Of a stretch of 64,000 nt of DNA, positions 1 through 14,097 are shown one piece after another. The position numbers were made by a program, and so were the translations under genes. The number at the start of each line of letters is the position of its first letter. Within the stretch, counting starts at the first letter, position 1. The notes beneath the pieces were generated by a model. The model worked only from the letters and a program-made list of their open reading frames with translations. It made no database searches and was not told the origin of the DNA. The stretch is from Octopus bimaculoides (Eukaryota), in contig NC_068999.1 of the NCBI RefSeq assembly GCF_001194135.2, forward strand, positions 41,280,210-41,344,209, in the 5' to 3' direction.

Positions 1-54
<54 letters not shown>

Positions 55-611
55 TCATGTATATATCATATATATGTGTGTGTATGTATGAATATATTAT
101 ATATATATATGTATATTATATAGATATATATACATGCACACACACACAATTACATATGTAGATAGATAGATACATACATACATACATACATGCATGAATA
201 TACTTATTGTGTGCGTGTGTGTGCGTGTATATAGAAAAGCCCACTTATGTACATCCTCCTTCAATGTTTTACTCATTATCTCTTGATAGTAACATATTTT
301 CTCGCTGACATATAGGTATGTACACACACACACATATACACACACGTGTGTGAGAGAGGTGGGGAATTGTGTGTTACTGGGTGTCTGGCTTATATATATA
401 TATATAAGTTTGTATATTTTAAATGGATTCACGTGGATCGTTATATCCACATACATTCAGCAGCTATGAGTAAATCGGCCGCATAGGTCCCCCTCTATCC
501 CTGTCTTTATTTGCTTCACCCTCTCTATCTCCTTACTTACCTTCCCTTTCTCATTCTGTTGAAATGATTTGGGATCAATCCTGGTACAGATCATTCCTAT
601 CTCGTCAGGAA

Positions 612-691
612 TGTAGGTCGCAGAAAGCAAACTTTGCTGATGAGCTACTAATGACCAGTTCATCAGGAACGTTTGCTTTGTGTGTCCTGCA
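612..691 (+). ncRNA. Candidate pri-miRNA hairpin (predicted 5p ~626-647, 3p ~658-679)
   Basis: 35-bp stem (612-646 with 657-691) containing 28 Watson-Crick pairs, 3 G-U pairs and 4 mismatches, with a 10-nt loop. It has a basal UG at 612-613 and a CGC/GUG mismatched-GHG-type motif at 619-621/682-684. No CNNC or apical UGU was seen. It does not match any miRNA I recognise. Confidence 0.55.
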
Positions 692-954
692 GTGACAGAG
701 AGAGGTGGAAGACAGAAAAATGCACTTGAAAGGGGAACAGACAGACACATATAAAGACTATATGCATTTTCATGCTTCTTCTGAAAATTGCTGTGAACAG
801 CAATCACTCTATTGACATATTTGCTTAACAATACGATCGTTAGTGTTACACATTAATTACTAAAATCAGTGAGTTTTTGCATACAGTTCATACAAATACG
901 ACACAAATCTCAACTACAAAGAGAATCTATAGCTAAACCACGGCTTTCTATTCC

Positions 955-1125
955 TACATTTTACTTGTTTCAGTCATTTGACTGCAGCCATGCTGGAGCA
1001 CCGACTTTAGTAGAAAAAATTGACCCCAGGACTTATTCGCGGTAATCCTAGTACTGATTCTATCGGTCTCTTTTGCAGAACCGGTAAGTTACAGAGACGT
1101 GTAAACACACCATCGGTTGTCAAGC

Positions 1126-1130
<5 letters not shown>
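955..1130 (-). mobile_element. SINE family A, 3' half
   Basis: Reverse complement of the family A tail (gaccgatagaat..agtactagg..ggggtc..ggtgctccagcatggc..gactgaaacaagtaaaa); abuts (AT)n. Confidence 0.8.
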
Positions 1131-1166
<36 letters not shown>

Positions 1167-1844
1167 CCTGCCCTTATTCTTGTATATTTTAAATTTATTA
1201 ATTAATTGATGATTCCCTGCCCTTATTCTTGTGTATATATATATATATANNNNNNNNNNNNNNNNNNNNNNNNNNNNNNNNNNNNNNNNNNNNNNNNNNN
1301 NNNNNNNNNNNNNNNNNNNNNNNNNNNNNNNNNNNNNNNNNNNNNNNNNNNNNNNNNNNNNNNNNNNNNNNNNNNNNNNNNNNNNNNNNNNNNNNNNNNN
1401 NNNNNNNNNNNNNNNNNNNNNNNNNNNNNNNNNNNNNNNNNNNNNNNNNNNNNNNNNNNNNNNNNNNNNNNNNNNNNNNNNNNNNNNNNNNNNNNNNNNN
1501 NNNNNNNNNNNNNNNNNNNNNNNNNNNNNNNNNNNNNNNNNNNNNNNNNNNNNNNNNNNNNNNNNNNNNNNNNNNNNNNNNNNNNNNNNNNNNNNNNNNN
1601 NNNNNNNNNNNNNNNNNNNNNNNNNNNNNNNNNNNNNNNNNNNNNNNNNNNNNNNNNNNNNNNNNNNNNNNNNNNNNNNNNNNNNNNNNNNNNNNNNNNN
1701 NNNNNNNNNNNNNNNNNNNNNNNNNNNNNNNNNNNNNNNNNNNNNNNNNNNNNNNNNNNNNNNNNNNNNNNNNNNNNNNNNNNNNNNNNNNNNNNNNNNN
1801 NNNNNNNNNNNNNNNNNNNNNNNNNNNNNNNNNNNNNNNNNNNN

Positions 1845-1905
<61 letters not shown>

Positions 1906-2109
1906 TCAAATTTACAGAAAGCAAAAGACGAAGACGAGTGTAGGAACAATGATTAGGTGTATTAGTTTAACACTTGGAAGAATGGAAATGCCTTTTACGT
2001 TTCGAGCCTACGCTCTTCGACAGAAAGGATATTAAGAAGGAAAAAGCGGAGCAAGACATATATAGTAGGCATATCTACATATGTATGTGTGTATATAGAT
2101 AGATAGCTT

Positions 2110-2162
<53 letters not shown>

Positions 2163-2680
2163 AATATAATATATATCCATCTATGTGTGTGTGTGTGTGT
2201 ATAGACAATACATACAGAATTATATACACACATATCCCTACATGTCTATTTACAGGAAGTAGCATACACGCATATGTAACACACACAAAAGTACATTCAT
2301 AAAACTACTACGTTCGTTTGCAGCCATATAACGACATAATACATATGGTCAATAATATTGAAACAAACTACGAATAAGAAATGAAAAAAAGGAAACAAAA
2401 TAAAGCGAATCAGCTATAGGAAGTGATATTTTCAATTCAACATAGTTAGGACATTGTCAAAAACTATGTTTGTATCAATCAGCTGTGAAGCGAATCACAT
2501 TTCACCAGATTTTCGACCAAAATATTTTGCACCGGATGTGCTTCTCCATCACTATCATCGGCATTTGTTGATGCAGGGTTTTTGATATATATATATATAT
2601 ATATATATAAATACTTATACATATAGATATACATATAAATACATATAGATATACATATAAATACATATATATATATATAC

Positions 2681-2720
<40 letters not shown>

Positions 2721-2990
2721 CTTATACATATAGATATACATATAAATACATATATATATATATATATACACACACATATATATATACAAATATGTATATA
2801 TAGATGTATAAATATATATATATATCATTTAATTTTCACTTTATTGTTCTTCTCTGTTTATTTATGTATTTCCGTTGAAGCAATACTAAATGTAGAGCAA
2901 GGCAGTGTCTCACAGCGGTTAGATGAATACGCGATAGTGATGTAAACAAACATCATACTAAACAAAAGGCGGGTTGGGTGGCATAATGAT

Positions 2991-3023
<33 letters not shown>

Positions 3024-3539
3024 CAATACATGTTGAGCGATTTATCTAAGGATGTGCAGAATAAGATGTGATTATGGCTGACAACTCGGAGATTGTTGCT
3101 ATAACAATAACAGCGATATAAATGTATTGTGAAATATAAAGACACACATACACACGCGCACAAAAAAAAACAATAAATAAAATGAAACCAATGAAAAGTG
3201 CGCTAGATTTTTATGCCATTAAAGCCGCAAAATAACGTCTGGCTTGTTGTTGCTGTTGTCGTTTTGTGTGTGTGTGTGTGTGTGTTGAGTGGGAGGTTGG
3301 AGCGCTCTTGTTGTTTTATAACTTTATATGAGTGTGTGTCTCTGTTCTGTTTAGATATATATCATGTGGACACTTTTGCCCTCATACAAACACTCACGCA
3401 TACAAACGCACATGCAGACATACACCCGCACGCACACAACAACTAAATGTGAAAGTATTATATAGTTCTGTTTACGTAGATATTTGTATATAAATATTTA
3501 TATATACACACGTACATATAAATAAACATGTTATATATA

Positions 3540-3790
3540 TAGGCGCGGCATGGTTGTGTGGTAAGAAACTTGCTTCCCAACCAAGTGGTTCTGGTTTCTG
3601 TCTCACTGCTTGGCACCTTGAGCAAGTCTCTTCTACTAAAGCTTCGAGCCGACCAAAGCCTTGTGAGTGGAATTGGTAAACAGAGACTGAAAGAAGCCCG
3701 TCGTATATATATATATATATGCTTGTGTGTGCCCTCACTGTCGCTTAACAACTGATGTTGTTGTGTTTACGTAGAATAAGTACTAAGCAG
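3540..3790 (+). mobile_element. SINE family A, 5' two-thirds with internal (TA)n
   Basis: tRNA-like head (ggttgtgtggtaag..ggttctggttt), body ggcaccttgagcaagt..gccgaccaaagccttgtgagtgga..gaagcccgtcg, then microsatellite. Confidence 0.8.
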
Positions 3791-3855
3791 GTATTAATTT
3801 TACCTTGGTCTTATTCTTAGTGTAAGTTTTCCAGAGTGCAGTTCAATTTTAACAG

Positions 3856-4898
3856 TTATATTTTGGGTTCACTAAAGGCAACAACGCAACGGAGAATGCG
3901 ATGAATAATTATGCAGTATATGGGGATTGGACAATAAGCGTAAGCTAATGACGTTGGTGATTACAAAAATTCCGAGCCGGAAACTACAGCCTAAGAGACG
4001 ACCCTCGTCCTGGAAGATCTTCAGAGCTCGACAAAGACGTCCTGCAAACTCTGTGGGAACAAAATCTCACCGTAACTGTTGAGGAACTAGCAGAGAAGCT
4101 TGGATTTGGTTAGTCAACCATTCATCGACATCTGCGTGCCATCGGAAAAGTCAGCAACTTGAGTCAATGGGTTCCTTACAAACTTTCTGAATCTAATCGC
4201 GTGCAGAGAGTGAATGTGTGCTCTTCTTTGGTGTCATATCTCACAAATGTACCATTTTTTAACTGAATCGTGACCGGTGAGGAGAAATGGGTTCTCTATA
4301 AAAATGTCAAGCGCCGAAGACCGTGTGTAGAGGCATTCCAGGCTAAAGAAGGTCTTCAGTTATGCAAAGTGTTATCTGTTTCGTGGGATATGAAAGGTTA
4401 AGTCTACTTTGAACTTTAAAACACAAACCAAACGATAACAAAGGAGATCAACTGCGAGTAGCTTGAGCGGCTTAAGTCAGCGCTAGAAGAAAAACGATAA
4501 CCTTTGGTTTCAAGACGAAAGGTGTTCTTCCATCAGGATAATGCTCGGCCGCATACAGTGAGGATGACATTTCAAAGGCTGGAGCAGTTTGAATGTGGAA
4601 CGATGCCCCACCCACCATATTCGCATCTTATCATCATTTATTCCGCAATCTTCAAAATCATTTGGACGGGTACAATATAAATTCTGTAGACGAGGTGAGA
4701 ACAGTAATGGAGGAGTATTTTTCGTCACGAACAAGTGAATTTTGGAAGAGGGGCCTTGCAAGTCTGCCAGGTATATGGAAGACTATCTTAGAAAATGAAG
4801 GAGAGTATATTTTAGATTTCAAAAACACTTTGTTTACCTTAATTCTGAAAAATAAAGAAGCATAAAAAATCCGCATTATTTATGGGATGACTCACTAT
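3856..4898 (+). mobile_element. Decayed mariner (Tc1/mariner DD34D-type) transposon, 5' end truncated
   Basis: Translated motifs KGNNATE, QKFRAGNYSL, WVPYKL, IVTGEEKWVLYKNVKRR, FHQDNARPH and YHHLFRNLQNHL, with several stops and frameshifts. A mariner-like right TIR (aaaaatccgcattatttatgggatgactcac) is followed by TA at ~4897. Confidence 0.92.
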
Positions 4899-7052
4899 AT
4901 ACTTATACACATATATTCACGTAAGTATTATAAGTAAATATACATGTACATAAACGTGCGTATGATTCAGTCACAGTTAATAAGTGTTTCATGGAAACTG
5001 CCACGTGATATTTGGAGATTCCTTTGATAAACTCTGCCCTCAAGCTCGTACAGATTTCAGTGATCACGTCTCCTGCCTTCTGTAGACGTGCATTTATTTA
5101 ATAGCTGCTGTCGTCTGCTAGATAATGGCAGTCGTTTAACTAAGGTTACTACAAATATTTCTGACTCATGTTCTGAGTCGCCATTTTAGTTCGGTAAATA
5201 TTACATTTTTACAAGAAACTATTTCTAAATAATCTTTGCAACTTTGTTTTTCGTTTTCTTTAGCGTTTTTTAAATCGTAGTTTTTACCCCACTTTTCTTT
5301 ATCATTTTATATGTTTGCATCAATATATACTTCTGAATAGAGAAAAATACAATCTGGTTCCATTTGTATAAGGAATACATACATTTTTCATTTACAGTTT
5401 AGTTTATGTGTATATTTATTAAGCAAACATTAAATAAACATTGATACAATTTTCTGCTGAGAAATATATAAATATACAAATAATAAATAATGCGTAAGAA
5501 GTAGTAATTGAAACAAAAATTCACGACAAAAATTATATGGGTTGAGATTGAGAGTATATATCTTGTTATAAATCGAGTGTATATATCTCGTTTCCACACT
5601 CATATATGTACACACGTCCACATACTGATTTAACAGAAATGCACTTTTGTAATAAAGGTTACTATTTTTATTGTTCAGAAGTTACCTTAATCGAGACGGC
5701 CTCTAATCAACGACATTCTATTAAAGATTATCCCTACATTTTTTTAAATATCTAAGACATTATCTAACAGGCCATACCCTTTATTTTGTTCCGTTGACAG
5801 CGTAATTAGATATCATGGTTATTCCCGCCCCAAAATAGAATTGATATTTCCTACTTCTGCAATACTTTTTCAGCATCTCCTGTGGGTACGGTTTTCATAT
5901 TCATCACCAAAAGAATCTAATTCTTGCTCTATAAATAGAAAGAAAAAAAAACAAAGATAATCAGCAAAACTGTCTTCTGTGAAAAATGTCACTGGCAGTG
6001 TTTCGGCTTCTTGCAGAATAATGAGAGGTGTTTTGCAAAGCCGTGAGGTAAAACCGCTTTCAGCAGTTAACGATAATAAATCTTTGAGCAGACAAATCCG
6101 CTTTTCGCGTTGAAATGGTCAATAGCAGAGTTTGGTTTGATGGAAATTTAACAGCTTTTCATTTTAAACTAATCAACAACGCAGTGATCAATTTCGTTGG
6201 ATCGCCAGAAAGAATTTAGTTACAGTTCTGGGTCGCTTACGTCGCTTCTCTCTTCCGTGTATTTTGAATAGTACTTGTTCTGACACTGAAATATTCCTTC
6301 ACACGTTGCTATATCAACTTTCCAAATATTGTGTCTTTAGAAATGACAATATTTGACAGCATAAAATAGCAGACAACACACTGATAAATATTGGTTTTTA
6401 GCTGTTAGATATCTGTTATTTGCAATTAGAAAGTCCAGACTTACGTCAGTGGAACATCTGGGGAGAATTTAGCTGTTGCTACTATCGACGATATGATGCT
6501 AGCGAATTCAATGACAGTCTTCTGTCATGCGATAGTGTTAACTCTGTATAGTCTCTGCTAAATTTAAGCAGGAAATAAAAGCGAATTGTCATTTTATCCT
6601 ACATATTTCATTGACTGGAATAAAGAAATACAAAACCGAATTAAATAAGATTTCAAGCCTCCAGTAAAGTGATTCCATTAAACTTTTTCTATCACTGGTT
6701 TCTCTTTCTTCCGTCTAATTTCCTGGTTTTTCTTCGTCGTCGTCGTCTTCTTCTTCTTCTGCTGCTATCACTACTACTACTACTACTAGTAGTAGTAGTA
6801 GTAGTAGTAGCAAACTGGCTGAAAATTTAGAGCGTCAAAAAATGCTTTTGGCGCTTTTCAAATCCTACCGAGCTCAACTTTTCTTCCATTTGGGGGAGGG
6901 GGCCTATAAGTGCGGGATCAATAGTATCGATTAAGCCCCACACCTCCAAATTATGCATTAATCAGAAAATCCGTATATTAATAATATTGGCATATTATTA
7001 TTATTATTTTATTTATTGCTACTGTCAATATGGTAATTTTTTTCTCTTCCAG

Positions 7053-7137
7053 GGGACGATTTTAGCAGTAGAACCACCGATCGAAGCTTACGACCCAGAC
7101 TACACTTTTAACGAAACAATCAAATTTTCTATTGATG
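7053..7137 (+). CDS. Cadherin-family gene, internal coding exon A (GTILAVEPPIEAYDPDYTFNETIKFSID+G), phase 0 to phase 1
   Basis: Acceptor ttttttctcttccag| and donor |gtaagt. The 85-nt exon is open and encodes the cadherin AxDxD motif (AYDPD) and a YSI-like strand (KFSI). It joins exon B in frame. Confidence 0.88.
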
Positions 7138-8409
7138 GTAAGTACTTCAATTGACATTTCTAACTTCTATACTTTCGTCTTCGACTACAATTTTCTCTAT
7201 GGACCTCTTCCCTTCCCAACCTCTTCCTACTACTACTGTATTACTACAGTCTGTATATTAAGGTCTATCTATTTGACTCCGTTCTTCCCCTTAAGGTCCC
7301 TGGCCAAGTGCCAATTTTACAAATTATTTGTATTATTAAGAGAAAAACTGGTAAAACGATGCTAATTAGTTTGCCGTGGGGAGTGGAAAGCTTAATGTTT
7401 TATGAAACTCGGTTGCTATCTAATTCCAGTTCTTTTTCTATCTTTTCTTGATGTTTACAGCTTATTTTCTCCCAAACCACCTGTCTTTGGCTCACTTTTA
7501 TTTACCCTAATATCAACATACATTCTTAAGGCGCACACAAACACATACATACTGCTCTTGCACTTCAGACATCCACGCCAGCAAGACGTTATTATTTCTG
7601 CACTCTGATGAAAGACAAACGTCCGAAAAGTTAGACTCTCACTCTTCACTGAAACTGAATTTAGTTAATTGTGGTAGAAATAGCAGGGCATTTTTGACCT
7701 GACCCAACAGTTAGTTCAATAAGTGAACCTTATTACATATTTTATACGATTGATAAAATTATTCACCTTTGCTCTGTCGACGAATTGCATCTCCTTCGTA
7801 CACGATAACGGGCCTGATCACACATTTCGTTAATGAAAGAGTTAGTGAGGTATTATGTATTAAATATAATAATTGGGTCGCTTCCGGTCACAGAAATAAT
7901 GTGTCTGATGGAATTTATACCCTCACTTATCCGTTAAGTACAAGTCACACTAACAAGATTAATTCAGGAACCTTTGATTCAAAAAGGATTGGGAGACAAC
8001 AGTATTAGTCGATCATATGCAGTTCAATACTTGACTGGTACTCTATTTTATCGAGACCGGAACGATGAATTTCAAAATAGACGTCGGTCGGATTTGAAAT
8101 CAGAACAGAAATTATCACAACTACATTTTTCTCTCTATTTTTTGGCCGACGCTTTACCGATTTGGCCAACCACTACTCGTAAAAGAGTAAATCAAATATG
8201 AAATACGAGATCAATAACTGATGGCCACAGGAATGATTTACTCTCAGCAGTTAGAGTGGTGGTTTTCAGTTTAAATCCCATCAAGGTTAAATTTACTTTT
8301 TACCCTACCTTGATTGCTAAAAACATACCCTTCATGTAATGACATACCGAAGACGATTTCAGCAACAAAGCATTCCCCGCATCCAATAAAAAATAATCGA
8401 CATTAGAAA

Positions 8410-8635
8410 TGAATATTTCTTTCCAGTTTTGGCACAAGGCCTACGCTTTTGAAGGAACGGAGCTAGTTGATTACACTGAGTCCAGTACGTCACTGGTACA
8501 CTTATTGTTGGCCCGGAAAGGATGAAAGACAGCGTCCTTCTCGGTGGCATTTGAACTCAGAATGTAAAGAGATGGAAGGAACGCTACAAAGTTGTTTATC
8601 CGGCGGTGTAACGATTCTACCAGCTTGCCACTTTG
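8410..8635 (-). mobile_element. SINE family B, near full length
   Basis: Reverse of the family B consensus seen elsewhere in the window (ttttggcacaaggcc..cactggtac..ggatgaaag..atttgaactcagaatgtaaaga..taacgattctaccagct). Confidence 0.7.
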
Positions 8636-8974
8636 TGATAAACCAATATTAGAAATTAACTGGTGCATCTCCAAATGAAATATCTTTAGAATTTGGTTTT
8701 GCCAAAATTCCTGGCAATGGAATCTATTCATTCCATTCATGATTTTATTGAAGTGAAGTTAGACATTAGACACTAAAAACCATTCTTAATTACGCTTCCT
8801 AGATTTATTTATTTACTTTTCTTCTTCTCCTGCCAAATTATAACTGTAAAATGTCAAGCAATGGAAACAAACGAATCACAATCCATAAAACACAAATAAC
8901 AAAAAATTATTAACCCGATATGAAGCGTAATACTTATCACAGATATATTTACTAGGTGCGTGGAAAAAAATGTC

Positions 8975-9125
8975 TAAGCATGGCTTCGTGGTTAAGAAGC
9001 TCATTCACAACCATGTGGTGTTGGATTCCAGTTCCACTGCGAGGCGTCCTGGGCCAGTGTATTCTACTATAGCTACAGGCCAAACAATGCCTTGTGAATG
9101 AATTTTGGTGGATGGAAACTGGTCG
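8975..9125 (+). mobile_element. SINE family A, diverged 5' half
   Basis: gtggttaagaagct..caaccatgtgg..ttctactatagc..gccttgtgaatg..gatggaaactg. Confidence 0.65.
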
Positions 9126-10009
9126 GGGCTCAATGGCTAAGACATTCGTAAGATTTTATTTGTATATAGCGTATTTGTATCCTTCAAACAGACTCCTTAT
9201 TTCCCGTTGCTTTAGTCTACTCAACAACAATAAGTTGTACCTGTAATTCACAAAGGTCAGTCTTGTCACGCTGAATCTCCCCAAGGGCCATGTTAAGGGT
9301 ACACGTTACTGTATATATATATATATACACACAGCGGTCTTGTACTTGTGTGTGTGTGCCTCTGTGTCATTGTGATTGCGTTCGACCACCACCTCCGCTT
9401 GGCAATCGTGTTTTCATCTACAAAATGACCTTCCTCCATATCGGGTCTAGTTTCGAGATACGTACATACATATTTCCAGGAAAAAATACACCTTTTTGTG
9501 GCATACATACGTATATACAAATGCGCGCGTAATATACGAATATATGTTGTATGTATATGTGTGTGTGTACGCGCGCATTTATCCACATGACTATATGCAG
9601 GTGTGTCTCTGTGTGAGTATGCATACGCAGTACAAATATGCATGTGTGTGTGTATCGCTATCTATGTGTCTCTAAATATATGGCACACACAAAGATTGAA
9701 AGACGAAGAGTTGCGTAGAGAGCTAAAAAGAGAACCGGGTGAATAGATTGCTGAATGCGCAGATAAACGGATGGATGCAGTCGCGCGCACGGACATACAC
9801 ACACATACCTACCTATATACGGACACATAAATCTGTACATACGCATATATACATATATGCATACACACACACACATATGCATATTTATATATATGTTTAT
9901 ATAGTTATATATATATGCATATATATATTTGCATATATATATATATACATATGTATACATATATATATATATAGATAGATAGATAGATGGATAGATACAT
10001 ATATCTATA

Positions 10010-10122
<113 letters not shown>

Positions 10123-12615
10123 TTTCGCTTAATTATCTGATTTCAGTAATTATTCATGCTAACGTCAGTAATAAAGAGCAATATGAGCCGGCAGAACAAA
10201 GAACCCAACAACGACCGTAAAACCAAGATGGCGTTTGAGTGTGTGTGTTTATATGTTAATAAGTCTCCTATGAACTCATCTAACTACATTTTAACTCGTT
10301 TCAATTTAAGTATAACAAAGAGCTCAGCGAATAATTATAAGCAATTATAAATAATTCATTACTGCATATATATGTGAGTGGATATGTATGTATGTATGTT
10401 TATATATATGTATATATACATATGTTTGTGTATGTATAGATACATGTATATTTACATATATATGTGTGTGTGTGTATGTTTATATGTATGTATATTTATG
10501 TGTGTATATATATCTATATATACATATGTTTGTGTATGTATAGATACATGTATATTTATTATTACACACAGAAACACACATATACATATATATATATAAT
10601 ATATGTATTTGCGTGTGTGTACATATGTATGTACGCACACATGTATACATATGTACGTATATATCTATGCATATATGTGTGTGTGTGCGTGTGTGTGTGC
10701 GCGTTTGTGTATAGCTTTGCGTCTACTTATGTGTGTGTGTATGTGTACATGTATGTATATATGTATGTATGTACACACATATATGTGTGTAAACGGTTAT
10801 GAGTGTATATTAGTATATACATGTATACGTGTGTCCATATGTATGTCTGTATACATATGTACGTATATATCTATGTGTGCGTGTGCGCGTTTGTGTATAG
10901 TTTCGCTTCCGTGTGTACGTATTTCTGTTGACACGCGTACATGCATTCGTAACTGCAAAGCAATACACAGACAAATATTTGAGTGTATGTATATGTATAT
11001 CGTTCTATATATATATATAAAGTGCATATATTCACGTATATACACATCTGCATATGAAGCACATTAAAATACAATAATAGAACTAATAACTTTGTATTCA
11101 CTTTTCTCTTTTTGTTTATTATAAATGCATAAAATGCAGTCGAAATTGTAATTCCATTGCAGAAATGGCAAACATGCCGATTCGCAGTTATTTGCAATTA
11201 GCCAATAGTGGGGGTGAGCTAATTTTTCTGGTTTAACAGAATGAAATTTGAGGAATGTAGAACTTTCTTCATCACGTTCGATCTCTCTTGATTCATGCAT
11301 TTTCCCAATATTTCCCCTCTCCTTCTCACTTCTCACTCTTCCATTGTCTTACTTGCTCTCCACATGCTCACGCTTTCGTCTGATATCACTTTCTGTGAAT
11401 CTCTCTAGCTATCGGCATACCTTCATATATATCTCTCATGAGATAATATATAGGCACGCATACTCACACTATTCTTTCTCTCTCTGTATATCTATCTAGC
11501 CTCCTTCTATGCTCGTCTCTCTCTCTCTCTCTCTTTCTCTCTCCCTCTCTCTCTCCTTCTCTCACTTTCTTTCTCTTTCTCTCACTCTATGTATTTATCT
11601 TTTATACACACACACCACTCCCCCAATTTTCTACCTATCTTTAACCTACCCGATCTATATATATGTTTACCTCTCTAGCCATTTATCTATCCGCCTAGAA
11701 ATCTATAAATATATATATATATATANNNNNNNNNNNNNNNNNNNNNNNNNNNNNNNNNNNNNNNNNNNNNNNNNNNNNNNNNNNNNNNNNNNNNNNNNNN
11801 NNNNNNNNNNNNNNNNNNNNNNNNNNNNNNNNNNNNNNNNNNNNNNNNNNNNNNNNNNNNNNNNNNNNNNNNNNNNNNNNNNNNNNNNNNNNNNNNNNNN
11901 NNNNNNNNNNNNNNNNNNNNNNNNNNNNNNNNNNNNNNNNNNNNNNNNNNNNNNNNNNNNNNNNNNNNNNNNNNNNNNNNNNNNNNNNNNNNNNNNNNNN
12001 NNNNNNNNNNNNNNNNNNNNNNNNNNNNNNNNNNNNNNNNNNNNNNNNNNNNNNNNNNNNNNNNNNNNNNNNNNNNNNNNNNNNNNNNNNNNNNNNNNNN
12101 NNNNNNNNNNNNNNNNNNNNNNNNNNNNNNNNNNNNNNNNNNNNNNNNNNNNNNNNNNNNNNNNNNNNNNNNNNNNNNNNNNNNNNNNNNNNNNNNNNNN
12201 NNNNNNNNNNNNNNNNNNNNNNNNNNNNNNNNNNNNNNNNNNNNNNNNNNNNNNNNNNNNNNNNNNNNNNNNNNNNNNNNNNNNNNNNNNNNNNNNNNNN
12301 NNNNNNNNNNNNNNNNNNNNNNNNNNNNNNNNNNNNNNNNNNNNNNNNNNNNNNNNNNNNNNNNNNNNNNNNNNNNNNNNNNNNNNNNNNNNNNNNNNNN
12401 NNNNNNNNNNNNNNNNNNNNNNNNNNNNNNNNNNNNNNNNNNNNNNNNNNNNNNNNNNNNNNNNNNNNNNNNNNNNNNNNNNNNNNNNNNNNNNNNNNNN
12501 NNNNNNNNNNNNNNNNNNNNNNNNNNNNNNNNNNNNNNNNNNNNNNNNNNNNNNNNNNNNNNNNNNNNNNNNNNNNNNNNNNNNNNNNNNNNNNNNNNNN
12601 NNNNNNNNNNNNNNN

Positions 12616-12662
<47 letters not shown>

Positions 12663-14049
12663 CACAAATATATATAAATATGCTCATACATATATTGAGG
12701 TATGTGTATATATGTAATGTATGTATATGTATACGCACTATGTGGATATGTATGTATGTATGTATGTATGTATATATTAGGGAGAGGAAGACAAACAGGG
12801 GGAAGACAGACAGATAGGAAATGTGTAGTTTTGCTTTTCAAAATCTGAACAAATGTCTAAAAGTGGAATTCAAAAGATGAAATTTCTAAGACTAACATTG
12901 CACACACACTCACACACACACACACATACACACACACTCACTCTATCTTTCTCTCACACACACATGCAAACACACATTAACCGAGAGGTACAAGCACCAA
13001 CACTAACTTTCCCACATACGCAAGTACTAACACACACACACACACACACACCTGCTGAGACAGACACAAATACACATGCAGACACACATACATACACATG
13101 CAGACACACACAGAAATACATGAAACAAGACTCGCACATATATATATATATATATGTATACACACACACACATACTCATATTTATACACACAGACATTAA
13201 TACTCGCTAACTTTCACACACACACACACACACACACTCAAAGACATACTGAGGCATATACAAACACAAGGGCATATACCTGNNNNNNNNNNNNNNNNNN
13301 NNNNNNNNNNNNNNNNNNNNNNNNNNNNNNNNNNNNNNNNNNNNNNNNNNNNNNNNNNNNNNNNNNNNNNNNNNNNNNNNNNNNNNNNNNNNNNNNNNNN
13401 NNNNNNNNNNNNNNNNNTCCCACATACGCAAGTACTAACACACACACACACACACACACCAACATAATTTTCAATAGTTTACATTTGTTTCAGAAAATAT
13501 TTCTTTTTTTTTTTTTTTGGCGGGATTATTTTTACACCATATTTGTTTTGTTGTTGTCGTTGCTGCAACTGCTGCTGCTGCTGCTGCTGCTGCTGCTATT
13601 GTTCTGGATATTGCTATTGTCTTTGCAGTTGTTCTTGTTGTTGTGATTGTACCTGCTGCTCCTGATGATGATGATGTTGTTGTTGTTGTTATTTTTCTTC
13701 TTCTTGATGTTGATGTTTCTACCGCTGTTGTTGCTCCTGCAGATATTATTGTTGATATTTTTATTGTTGTTGTTGTCGTTGTTGTTTGTACAGTTATTGT
13801 TGTTTTTTTCTGTTAAAAGTCTGTGATATTCGCTATAAAAGTCTTTAATGTATTTCCTGCCAGTATGAATTGGCCACAGACTCTAATATTTGGCTGAGTG
13901 TTTAGGTGGGAGTTGAGAGTGAAAAGGAGGAGGAGGAGGAGGGGGAAGATGAGAGAAAGGGGAGGGGAAACTGGCGGAAGAGGAGAAAGAATAATGGGAG
14001 GGGAGAGAAAGAGGAAAAGAGAGTGAAAGAGGATATATATATATATAGA

Positions 14050-14097
<48 letters not shown>

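Noticed and set aside
636-667. Hammerhead or C/D-box snoRNA reading of CTGATGA in the 612-691 hairpin
   Set aside because: No GAAA after a stem II, box C lacks the leading purine, there is no terminal box D, and the motif is buried in the long stem.
457-831. 124-aa minus-strand ORF with normal-looking composition
   Set aside because: No recognisable domain or splice context; it overlaps the hairpin at 612-691, which better explains the sequence.
13005-13460. Repeat of tcccacatacgcaagtactaacacacac on both sides of the 13283-13417 gap
   Set aside because: Near-identical copy abutting a gap; likely an assembly overlap or trivial tandem repeat.
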